From a virus (Duplodnaviria; Caudoviricetes), in the IMG/VR virus record IMGVR_UViG_3300032226_000551, positions 50,348-114,347 of that record: a stretch of 64,000 bases of DNA, one strand, 5' to 3'. This document shows, one piece after another, positions 50,256 through 58,974 of the stretch (positions are counted from its first letter, which is position 1; each line of letters opens with the position of its first letter). The notes beneath the pieces are model-generated. The model made no database searches and was not told the origin of the DNA. It was given only the letters and a program-made list of their open reading frames with translations. A program made the position numbers and the translations under genes.

Positions 50256-51455
50256 TTAAAATCCGAACCCTATTCTTTTTTCTTCTTTTTTAGTTTCTCC
50301 CATTTCGGTTTTCTTTGTTAGATTATAAATCTCTGCAATTACCATCTTTTTTGTAATGTTTTCTTCTATTTCTTTTTTGGAGAATCCAAGATGCTTTGCG
50401 AGTTTCTTGGCATCTTCGATTTCCAACGGTCCAAATTCATAATCAACTTGCAATCTACCCTTCCTTCTCAATGCTTCATCAATATCTTGTTTTGGGCAGT
50501 TATAGGTCAAAATCAAAGGACATTTAAGAATATCACCAAGAATACCATCTGATAAATTGAGAAGAGATGTAACAGCAGACGAATCATAATTATCGCCCAT
50601 TCTCTTTACAATAGTTTTCTCTGCATCTTCCAAAATAAGAACCGAGTTTTTCTTTTGAAGAAGAGTAGAAAGAGTACTTGGATTATTGACAAAAGATTCA
50701 ATCATTGTGGCAGGAATGTAAATGAAATCTTTATTAACTTTGGTAGTAAGATACTTCAAGAAAGTACTCTTACCCGCACCAGGCGCACCGTGGAACATAT
50801 ACAATCCTTTATCCTGCGTACTCAATCTTTCTACTATTTGTTTTTCTACATCCAAGAATTTTTTACCATAGTTTAATTCTATGTTTATATCATCAGGAAT
50901 AGACATCTTTATAGGTTCAAATACATATTCATCATATCGGTTTTTAACAAAAAGATGAATCTTGGATGAATCCGAAACTTCAATAAATGATTCAAAATCT
51001 TTTAATGGAAGATTTTTAGTATCAGAAGTGTAAATCATAACCATTTCATATGTTTTATCTATATTATTTTTTAATCTTTCATTTAAAGATTCCTCTCCTA
51101 TAGCATGTACCTCACCATTCATATCAGTGAAAGTTACACTACTAATATCCGAATTTTTAACCATCAATTTTACATATATATCTTTATATGAAAATAATAT
51201 AGATCCCCCTTTAAATGATTCACTATCATTTAATAACAATTTCAATTTACCAGAACAAGAACTAAAAATAAGCTCTCCTCTTTCCAACAAGAAACTCAAA
51301 ATGCTAGATTTAAATGTTTCATCTATATACAAAAAACATGGAGGATATTTAGAATATGTGCTTATATATCTAGCAATTGGAAATTCGTTTCCATTATCAT
51401 GGTTGATGTAAAATTCGGTTAAATCTGTTCTAATTTTATTTTTCGCATTAAACAT
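50256..51455 (-). CDS. AAA+ ATPase
   Basis: HGAPGAGKS, LILEDAE, LLNLSDG, IDEALRRKGRL, C-terminal RIGF. Confidence 0.9.
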   Translation of the reverse strand: MFNAKNKIRTDLTEFYINHDNGNEFPIARYISTYSKYPPCFLYIDETFKSSILSFLLERGELIFSSCSGKLKLLLNDSESFKGGSILFSYKDIYVKLMVKNSDISSVTFTDMNGEVHAIGEESLNERLKNNIDKTYEMVMIYTSDTKNLPLKDFESFIEVSDSSKIHLFVKNRYDEYVFEPIKMSIPDDINIELNYGKKFLDVEKQIVERLSTQDKGLYMFHGAPGAGKSTFLKYLTTKVNKDFIYIPATMIESFVNNPSTLSTLLQKKNSVLILEDAEKTIVKRMGDNYDSSAVTSLLNLSDGILGDILKCPLILTYNCPKQDIDEALRRKGRLQVDYEFGPLEIEDAKKLAKHLGFSKKEIEENITKKMVIAEIYNLTKKTEMGETKKEEKRIGFGF

Positions 51456-51509
51456 AAAATCATACTAATCTCTATTTTTAAAATATGCAATGAAAAAATA
51501 AATATATAT

Positions 51510-51878
51510 ATGAAAAAGTTAACCAAAAAACAAATTGAAGAAATTCATGAAAAATGTGTGAAATTGGTTAAAAGAAAACCCGCAGAATTTTTTAAATTGA
51601 AGAAAATGAACAAGTTCGAAGGATCTTGTAATTGGACTGATTTAGAAATTGATTATAGAAGAGAATTATTATCAACATCTTATCATGAATGTGTTCACTA
51701 TCTTTTTCCAGATTATTCGGAAAGTATGGTGAAATATATAGAAAGTAGAATAGTAAATGTCTGTGAACCATTAGATTTAGCATATTTTTTAAAAATACTA
51801 TCCAACAAGTTATATAAATCTGAACTACAGAAACGAATATCTAACACTAAAAAACCTTTGACTTCTAGAAAAAAATAG
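51510..51878 (+). CDS. Hypothetical protein with HExxH motif
   Basis: YHECVHY; TAAATA 5 nt upstream. Confidence 0.6.
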   Translation: MKKLTKKQIEEIHEKCVKLVKRKPAEFFKLKKMNKFEGSCNWTDLEIDYRRELLSTSYHECVHYLFPDYSESMVKYIESRIVNVCEPLDLAYFLKILSNKLYKSELQKRISNTKKPLTSRKK

Positions 51879-51906
51879 AAGATAATTGATGAGTATTCAC
51901 TAAATA
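51858..51906 (+). promoter_or_regulatory. Tandem sigma70-type and late-type promoters of the nrd operon
   Basis: TTGACT-17 nt-GATAAT (51858-51886) plus TAAATA (51901-51906). Confidence 0.55.
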
Positions 51907-51913
51907 TAACACT

Positions 51914-52885
51914 ATGATTTTCGAAGAACAAATATCGCGCAAACCAAACAATTATCCTTGGACAGAAAAATTTATCGAAGCTATTTATGCTGGGTTTTGG
52001 ACAGATAAAGAGTTTTCATTTTCTTCTGATATTCAACAATTTAAAGTTAATTTAACAGATAAAGAACGTGAAATAATTATTAGAACATTGTCTGCTATTG
52101 GACAAATTGAGATTAGCGTTAAAACCTTTTGGGCTAAACTAGGAGAAAATCTACCACATCCATCTTTGTCTGACTTGGGGTATGCAATGGCAAATACAGA
52201 AGTAATCCATAATAATGCATACGAAAGACTGATTACTGTACTAGGAATGGAAAATGTATTCGAAGAAAATCTAAAATTAGATTGGATTGAAGGAAGAGTA
52301 AAATATCTTAAAAAATATACACACAAATATTACAAAGATTCGAAGAAACAATATCTTTATGCTTTGATTCTTTTTACATTGTTTGTGGAAAATGTTTCAT
52401 TGTTTTCTCAATTTTATGTTATTAACTGGTTCGCACGTTTTAAAAATGTTCTTAAAGACACCGATCAACAAGTAAAATATACAAGAAACGAAGAACTTCT
52501 TCATGGGTTAATTGGTTCTAAAATCGTTAACACTATTAGAGAAGAATATCCCGAATTGTTTGATAAAGAATTAGAAGAAAAAATTCTTAATGAGGCACAA
52601 GAAGCATTTAAAGCAGAATCTAAGATTGTAGACTGGATGATCAATGGTATAAAAGAAAATGGTTTAGATGCTGATACTGTAAAAGAATTTATTAAAAACC
52701 GAATCAATATTTCATTGGAACAAATAGGATACCCAAAGGTTTTTGATATTGACAAAAATCTTATTTCCTCTACAATGTGGTTTGAGGAAGAATTGTTAGG
52801 TACTAACATGACAGATTTTTTTCATTCAAAACCAACTGGATATCAAAAATTTACGCAATCATTTTCCGAAGACGATCTATTTTAA
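51914..52885 (+). CDS. nrdB: Ribonucleotide reductase class I beta subunit
   Basis: FWTDKE, EVIHNNAY, VENVSLFSQF, EELLH, DFFHSK. Confidence 0.93.
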   Translation: MIFEEQISRKPNNYPWTEKFIEAIYAGFWTDKEFSFSSDIQQFKVNLTDKEREIIIRTLSAIGQIEISVKTFWAKLGENLPHPSLSDLGYAMANTEVIHNNAYERLITVLGMENVFEENLKLDWIEGRVKYLKKYTHKYYKDSKKQYLYALILFTLFVENVSLFSQFYVINWFARFKNVLKDTDQQVKYTRNEELLHGLIGSKIVNTIREEYPELFDKELEEKILNEAQEAFKAESKIVDWMINGIKENGLDADTVKEFIKNRINISLEQIGYPKVFDIDKNLISSTMWFEEELLGTNMTDFFHSKPTGYQKFTQSFSEDDLF

Positions 52886-52888
52886 AAT

Positions 52889-53269
52889 ATGAGATTTAAC
52901 AAACTTGTGCGGGAAATCACAGAATCTTTAGAAAATATACCAAAATATTTATATCATGCTACATATAGACCTTTATTGAAAACTATAAAAAAAGTAGGAT
53001 TGGATACCTCGGTTAGTAAAAAAGCTTGGGAAGATTCCGTTAGTGGTTATGTTTATTTAGCATTAGATCCAGATGTAGCCGAATCTTATGCTGAATCTTC
53101 TGAAAAAGTATCAGAAGATTGGTTAGACCAAATTGTTATTCTGACTATAGATACGGATAAAATAGATAAATCTAAATTGTTCATTGATCAAAACGTTTTA
53201 GATAATCAAGGAGACACTTTAGAATACAGAGGAATTATTTCACCAGATGCGTTAAAAATACACGCTTAA
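52889..53269 (+). CDS. ADP-ribosyltransferase-fold (Tpt1/KptA-like) protein
   Basis: YLYHAT...IKKVGL, YVYLALDP, ILTIDT, LEYRGIISP. Confidence 0.6.
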   Translation: MRFNKLVREITESLENIPKYLYHATYRPLLKTIKKVGLDTSVSKKAWEDSVSGYVYLALDPDVAESYAESSEKVSEDWLDQIVILTIDTDKIDKSKLFIDQNVLDNQGDTLEYRGIISPDALKIHA

Positions 53270-53282
53270 TTTAAAATATTAT

Positions 53283-55865
53283 ATGACAAACAAATACGAA
53301 TGGCTAAACAAAGACTCACGAAAATTTCTCGAAAGAGGTTATTTGTTAGAGGGGGAGACAGCAGAAAAAAGAATTAGAGATATTGCAGAAACAGCAGAAA
53401 GATATCTAAACTTAAAGGGATTTGCTGATAAATTTGAAGACTATATGGCAAGAAGTTTCTATTCTTTGTCAAGCCCAATCTGGAGCAATTTTGGAAGAAC
53501 AAGAGGTCTTCCTATTAGTTGTGTCACGTCCGAAACTTGGATTAATACCAAAGAAGACGGCGGAAAAATGGCTAAAGATATAAAAATTGGTGATTTAGTG
53601 CTTACCCATAAGGGAAGGTACAGAAAAGTAACAGATATTATTATAACTAATAATAGAAAAAATATATTCAAACTTAAATTTGCTAATCGGATGACTCCAT
53701 TATATATAACCGAAAATCATCTAATTCTTACAAATTTAGGTTGGGTTAGGGTGGATGAATTAAACAAAGATATTCATTTGGTAGCTATAAATGGAGATAT
53801 TGATATAGAGGAAAAAGAACACGTTTTAGACCTTAAGCCTTATTGTAAAAAATATGAACCATATATTGTAGATGGAAAAATATGTAAAAAAATTTCAGAA
53901 AATACAAAAGAACAATATACAAAAAACTCAAATTATGTTTCATATATTTCAACACCAAATGAAAAAATTGAAATAGATGAAGATATTTCTTGGGCATTTG
54001 GGTTCTGGTTTGCTGAAGGAAGTTTAACAGTTGATAAAAATAATATTCCTAACGGAATAAGAATTACATACAACGATAAAGATGAAAAAGAATTAGGTGA
54101 AAAATGGGTTAGTATAATAACAAATAAATTTAATTTAAATGGAAATACATATTCCAGTAAAATTGAAAGAAATGAAAAAATAAATAGTTGGCTTACTGCC
54201 AATATAAACTCTCATATAATTGGAAATTTATTTGAAAGTTTTGGTAGAGGGTGTAAAGAAAAATTAATTCCAAATTGGATTATAAATTTACCCAAAAAAA
54301 CTCTTCAAAGTTTTTTGGATGGTTTATTGTGCGGAGACGGACATATAACAAAAGACAACGGATATAGAATAACTGTAGCAAATCCAAAAATGCTTTTACA
54401 AATATATCAAATTGGTCTTAAATTGGGACATCAAATGTCATTACAAATGCAAGAAAAACCAGCTAAATTATCTAGTACAAAATATGTATATACATGCAAT
54501 TTTAGAAAATATAAAACAGGAACTAATAAAAATATATCAAATTGTGCTATAAAATTTAACGATGGATTATTTTATACACCAATTAAAGAATTAATTTTAA
54601 CAGATAAAGAGGAAGATGTTTATGATTTTACAGTGGAAGAAGATCATTCTTTTAGTGCTGCTGGTGTGGTGTTGCACAATTGTTTTGGATCATATATACC
54701 GGATACAATGGAAGGTATTATGAATAAAGTTTCAGAAGTTGCTATGATGACAAAACATGGTGGTGGAACTTCAGCATATTTTGGAAAATTACGAGGAAGG
54801 GGAACTCCAATTTCTTCTGGTGGGGAATCTACTGGCTCTGTTCATTTCATGGAACTCTTTGATAAGTTAATGAACGTTGTTTCTCAAGGAAGTGTTAGAA
54901 GAGGATCATTTGCAACATATCTTCCAATTGATCATCCAGATATTGAAGAATTTTTAAAAATTAGGTCCGAAGGAAACCCAATTCAAAACCTTTCTATTGG
55001 TGTTTGCGTATCCGACGAATGGATGAAATCAATGATTTCAGGTGATAAAGAAAAAAGAAAAATATGGGGAGATGTTATTAAAAAAAGATTTGAAAGCGGA
55101 TATCCATATATTTCATTCACAGATACATTAAACAATAATGCCCCACAGGTCTATAAAGATAAAGGTCTTAAAATATATGCTCAAAATTTGTGTAATGAAA
55201 TAGCACTTTCAACATCAGAAGACCAATCTTTTGTTTGCGATCTTTCGTCTCTTAATTTAGAAAAATGGGAAGAATGGAAAGATACTGATGCGGTTGAAAC
55301 TTTAGTTTATTTTTTGGATGCTGTAATGACAGAGTTTATCAATAAAACTGAAAATATAGAGTTCATGCAAGCACCTAGAAATTTTGCAATTAATCAGAGA
55401 GCATTGGGTGTTGGTGTGTTAGGATGGCATTCTTTATTGCAATCTAAAATGATAGGATTTGAATCTTTTGAGGCTAAAATGCTGAATAATCAAATATGGA
55501 AATTCATAAGAGAAAAATCTGATTGTGCAACCGAACAATTAGCAAAAGAATACGGAGAACCACCATTACTGGAAGGCTATGGTAGAAGAAATACAACTAC
55601 ACTAGCTGTTGCGCCGACTACAAGTTGTACAACCAAAGACACTAAGTTTTTTTTGGGTAACGGAAAATGTGTAGATTATATAGAATATTGTAAAATGGGG
55701 GGTATAAATTTAGATGATATTCTCACTATTGAATTGGAAGATGATATGGGGAAAATCCATAATTTATATTATGATACAAAAGTTTTGATAAAAAGAAACA
55801 ACCAAACATTCGAATGTTTTGCACACGAAATAGAAATTGACGATGATATTATTGACATAATTTAA
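53283..55865 (+). CDS. nrdA: Ribonucleotide reductase alpha subunit, N-terminal fragment (cis intein plus split-intein N part)
   Basis: SSPIWSN, PIS/CF, HGGGT, VSQGSVRRG, QNLCNEI, VCDLSS, GVGVLG, RRNTTTLAVAPTTS followed by intein block A. Confidence 0.93.
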   Translation: MTNKYEWLNKDSRKFLERGYLLEGETAEKRIRDIAETAERYLNLKGFADKFEDYMARSFYSLSSPIWSNFGRTRGLPISCVTSETWINTKEDGGKMAKDIKIGDLVLTHKGRYRKVTDIIITNNRKNIFKLKFANRMTPLYITENHLILTNLGWVRVDELNKDIHLVAINGDIDIEEKEHVLDLKPYCKKYEPYIVDGKICKKISENTKEQYTKNSNYVSYISTPNEKIEIDEDISWAFGFWFAEGSLTVDKNNIPNGIRITYNDKDEKELGEKWVSIITNKFNLNGNTYSSKIERNEKINSWLTANINSHIIGNLFESFGRGCKEKLIPNWIINLPKKTLQSFLDGLLCGDGHITKDNGYRITVANPKMLLQIYQIGLKLGHQMSLQMQEKPAKLSSTKYVYTCNFRKYKTGTNKNISNCAIKFNDGLFYTPIKELILTDKEEDVYDFTVEEDHSFSAAGVVLHNCFGSYIPDTMEGIMNKVSEVAMMTKHGGGTSAYFGKLRGRGTPISSGGESTGSVHFMELFDKLMNVVSQGSVRRGSFATYLPIDHPDIEEFLKIRSEGNPIQNLSIGVCVSDEWMKSMISGDKEKRKIWGDVIKKRFESGYPYISFTDTLNNNAPQVYKDKGLKIYAQNLCNEIALSTSEDQSFVCDLSSLNLEKWEEWKDTDAVETLVYFLDAVMTEFINKTENIEFMQAPRNFAINQRALGVGVLGWHSLLQSKMIGFESFEAKMLNNQIWKFIREKSDCATEQLAKEYGEPPLLEGYGRRNTTTLAVAPTTSCTTKDTKFFLGNGKCVDYIEYCKMGGINLDDILTIELEDDMGKIHNLYYDTKVLIKRNNQTFECFAHEIEIDDDIIDII
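53520..54680 (+). mobile_element. Cis intein with LAGLIDADG endonuclease (387 aa)
   Basis: CVTSETWI...ITENH...FGFWFAEG...LDGLLCGDG...VYDFTVEEDHSF...VLHN/C. Confidence 0.92.
55626..55862 (+). mobile_element. Split intein N fragment (79 aa)
   Basis: CTTKDTKFFLGNG (block A) directly after APTTS; ends at a stop codon with the acidic tail EIEIDDDIIDII. Confidence 0.85.
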
Positions 55866-55908
55866 CAAAAGCTCCTACAAAAAGCAAACATTGTATATAA
55901 GTATATAT

Positions 55909-57042
55909 GTGAAGAAAAAATCAAACCCATATAAAATAGAAGATGTTATGTTAAAACATTCGATAACAAGAGATGAAGCAATATTAAAAATTAAAGAATT
56001 AAAAAATAAAACTAAAGGAACTCTAGAAAATTTTATTAAAAGACACGGTGAAATAAAAGGTAAAGAGCTTTTTGATATTTTTAAAGAAAAATCACGACAT
56101 ACAGAAGAAACCTTTAAAAAAAAATACGGTGATAATTGGAAAATACATTGGGAAAAATATTTGAAAAGTAAAAGTTCTGGTTTAGATGTTTTAATTAAAA
56201 AACATGGAGAAGAAGAGGGAAGAAATATTTTTCATAAAACTCAAGAAAAAAGAAAAAATAGTTTAAATGTTGAAAATTTAATTAAAAAATTTGGAAAAGA
56301 TGGATATAAAAATATAATAGAAAAAAAGAAATCTGGATCTTTAAACTTTTTTATAAAAAAGTACGGAAAAAAAGAAGGAATTTTAAAATATAAAGAATGT
56401 TGTGAAAAAAAATCTAAATCGAATTTTTTAAAATATTACATAGAAAAATACGGCGAAGAAGTCGGAGAAACAAAATATAATGAATCTAGAATGAAAAGAT
56501 CTCCAATATTTAAAGAACTTCAAAAATTATATGGAGAAACTAATGCCTTGGAAATATATAACAGTTTTAAAAATAAAAAAGAAATAACAAAAAAATACAA
56601 TTTAGAAATTAAAAATTTAAAAAAAGCTAGAAATTCTATTTTTTTTAAAAAATCTAAAGGATGCGTATCAAAGGAATCTAAAAAACTATTCAATGCTTTA
56701 GAAGAAAAATTAAAAAGAAAATTAATTTACGGAAATAAAAAAAAGGAAGTTAAAATATTTGACAAAATAAATTTTAGAACATATCATTATGATTGTTACG
56801 ATGAAAAATCCAATACTTTAATAGAATTTCATGGTGTAGCGTATCACCCTAAAAAAGATGACATAAATTGGACTAGTCCATATGGTAGAACTTATGAAGA
56901 AGCATTTTTATATGATAATCAAAAAGAAGAATGTGCTATTTCAAATGGTTTCAACTATATTAAAATATATAGCGATGAAGTAAAATTAAAACATGACTTT
57001 GAAAAAAAAATAAAAGAAATTTCCGACAAATTAATTATATGA
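55909..57042 (+). CDS. Free-standing Vsr/DUF559-like homing endonuclease with KYG repeats
   Basis: About 7 repeats of (F/L)IKK(Y/H)GxxxG; C-terminal YDCYDEKSNTLIEFHGVAYHP...D..K...A...GFNYIKIY; GTG 55909 lies 5 nt after TAAGTA. Confidence 0.75.
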   Translation: MKKKSNPYKIEDVMLKHSITRDEAILKIKELKNKTKGTLENFIKRHGEIKGKELFDIFKEKSRHTEETFKKKYGDNWKIHWEKYLKSKSSGLDVLIKKHGEEEGRNIFHKTQEKRKNSLNVENLIKKFGKDGYKNIIEKKKSGSLNFFIKKYGKKEGILKYKECCEKKSKSNFLKYYIEKYGEEVGETKYNESRMKRSPIFKELQKLYGETNALEIYNSFKNKKEITKKYNLEIKNLKKARNSIFFKKSKGCVSKESKKLFNALEEKLKRKLIYGNKKKEVKIFDKINFRTYHYDCYDEKSNTLIEFHGVAYHPKKDDINWTSPYGRTYEEAFLYDNQKEECAISNGFNYIKIYSDEVKLKHDFEKKIKEISDKLII

Positions 57043-57392
57043 AAATAAAAAAAATAAAAAAAAATGAATCCAAATGGTTTGATTTAAAAAATCCTATCGA
57101 AATTAAAACCGATCATGGTATAAAATATAGTAAAAGATTTTTTTTCAATGGATATTCCGAGGTTTTTAATTTAGAATTTAGTGATGGAAGTCAAAATAAA
57201 TTCACATCAAATCACAAATTAAAATTATTAAATGGAGAATGGTGTAGTGTAAAAGAATTAGAATGTGGTTTTGTTTTTAATAATTCTTTAATATTAAAAG
57301 CAAAAGAAAATCACGGAATTCAACCTACCATGGATATGGAAGTTGAAGATGTTCATTACTATATATTAAGAAACGGTATACATTCCCACAAT
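57039..57392 (+). mobile_element. Split intein C fragment (118 aa; carries blocks B, F and G)
   Basis: FTSNHKL (TxxH), TMDMEVEDVHYY, GIHSHN/S. Confidence 0.88.
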
Positions 57393-57860
57393 AGTTCATT
57401 TATTCTTGGACAAGTATCACCTAGCATAGAACCAATAGAATCTTGTTATTATGTCAAAGATCTTGCTAAAGGTAAATTTTCATACAAGAATCCTTATCTA
57501 AAAAAACTATTAAAAGAAAAAGGAAAACATAATGATGATACATGGAAATCAATTCTGCTGCACGGAGGAAGTGTTCAACATTTAGATTTTTTAACTCAAG
57601 AAGAAAAAGATGTATTTAAAACGTTTGGTGAAATATCACAAAAAGAAATTATTATTCAAGCAGCACAACGTCAAAAATATATTGATCAAGGACAATCTTT
57701 AAATATTATGGTTAGTTCTGATACAAAGGCTAAAGAGATAAATGAACTTATGATTTTTGCATGGGAACAAGGTATTAAAGGTTTGTACTATCAAAGAAGT
57801 GGAAACGCTGCACAAAATTTAGCAAGAAATATTTTGAGTTGTAAATCATGTGAAGCATAA
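57039..57860 (+). CDS. nrdA: Ribonucleotide reductase alpha subunit, C-terminal fragment (split-intein C part plus C-extein)
   Basis: After HN: SSFILGQVSPSIEP, GSVQHL, VFKTFGEI, RQKYIDQGQSLN, GIKGLYYQRS, terminal CKSCEA. Confidence 0.93.
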   Translation: MKIKKIKKNESKWFDLKNPIEIKTDHGIKYSKRFFFNGYSEVFNLEFSDGSQNKFTSNHKLKLLNGEWCSVKELECGFVFNNSLILKAKENHGIQPTMDMEVEDVHYYILRNGIHSHNSSFILGQVSPSIEPIESCYYVKDLAKGKFSYKNPYLKKLLKEKGKHNDDTWKSILLHGGSVQHLDFLTQEEKDVFKTFGEISQKEIIIQAAQRQKYIDQGQSLNIMVSSDTKAKEINELMIFAWEQGIKGLYYQRSGNAAQNLARNILSCKSCEA

Positions 57861-57868
57861 TAGGATTG

Positions 57869-58948
57869 ATGTTTACAATATACAATCAATCAGAATGGTC
57901 AGATATTATAAAAAATCGTCCAAAATTTGATGTTTCTATAAAAGAAGAGATATGGAAAAGGACTAGAAACTATGATGTTCCTTTGGTTGAAATTACACAA
58001 ACGGAGGCAGAAACAGACTTTCAATCACTTAAAAATCTAAATACACTCCCTCTTATAAAAGAGGGAGAATTGTTCAGTAGATATGAATATAATTGGGAAT
58101 TGGGTACAAAATACATAGATTCATGTAATGTAGGAAATAAATCATCAAATTTTTTTCATCAGGATTTAAGATATAAGTGTGATTCTATAAATTCTCCATC
58201 TCCATATAGAACATGGCATACTGAAAAGTTTTTCATGACTCTTTTAAATGCTTTGTGGACATTAAAAGTTAAAGAAGTTACTTCTGATACATTGAGAACC
58301 TGTATAGCAATGAGAAAGTATATTGCAAGTCAGTTTCGTCCATCAGCAGCTAAAGCATTATACGATCATTTTAATGCTGAAAGCGTATTGGATTTTAGTT
58401 CAGGGTGGGGAGATAGACTTAATGGTGCAATGTCATCACAAAGCGTTAAAACATACATTGGAATTGATCCAAATGATAATTTGTATGATTCATATAATAA
58501 ACAAATAGAGTATTTTAATTCGGATAAAAAAATTCAAATGAATTGTTTTCCTGCTGAAGATTTTTTACCATCATATAATGAAACAGAATTTGACTTCATA
58601 TTCACAAGTCCTCCATACTTTATCATAGAAAGATATTCAAAAGACAATAATCAATCTTGGCAAAGATATAAAAAGATAGATAAGTGGCTATCTTCTTTTC
58701 TTTTTCCGGTTATTGAAAGTTCTTGGAGATTATTAAAATCCGAAGGACACTTAGCAATAAACATAAGCGATGTTTATTGTAATCATACTATAAACAGAAT
58801 ATGTGATCCCATGAATGATTATATTTCATCACTAACAGGATCAACTAAAGTTGAAAATATAAATTATAGAATGGCAAAAAGAATTGGTAGTAAATCTGAC
58901 AAGAGTGGAATCTTTGTAGAACCTGTTTGGATTTGGAAAAAGGTATGA
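57869..58948 (+). CDS. DNA amino-methyltransferase (N4-C/N6-A type)
   Basis: SQFRP, VLDFSSGWGDR, YIGIDPN, FTSPPYF. Confidence 0.8.
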   Translation: MFTIYNQSEWSDIIKNRPKFDVSIKEEIWKRTRNYDVPLVEITQTEAETDFQSLKNLNTLPLIKEGELFSRYEYNWELGTKYIDSCNVGNKSSNFFHQDLRYKCDSINSPSPYRTWHTEKFFMTLLNALWTLKVKEVTSDTLRTCIAMRKYIASQFRPSAAKALYDHFNAESVLDFSSGWGDRLNGAMSSQSVKTYIGIDPNDNLYDSYNKQIEYFNSDKKIQMNCFPAEDFLPSYNETEFDFIFTSPPYFIIERYSKDNNQSWQRYKKIDKWLSSFLFPVIESSWRLLKSEGHLAINISDVYCNHTINRICDPMNDYISSLTGSTKVENINYRMAKRIGSKSDKSGIFVEPVWIWKKV

Positions 58949-58974
58949 GAAAAACTTGGTATGATTTTTAAATT

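Noticed and set aside
55866-57038. Group I intron or assembly frameshift as the explanation for the nrdA break
   Set aside because: Only 43 nt of non-coding DNA precede the endonuclease and none follows it, leaving no room for a ribozyme core. Both flanks carry in-frame intein motifs at the exact extein junction.
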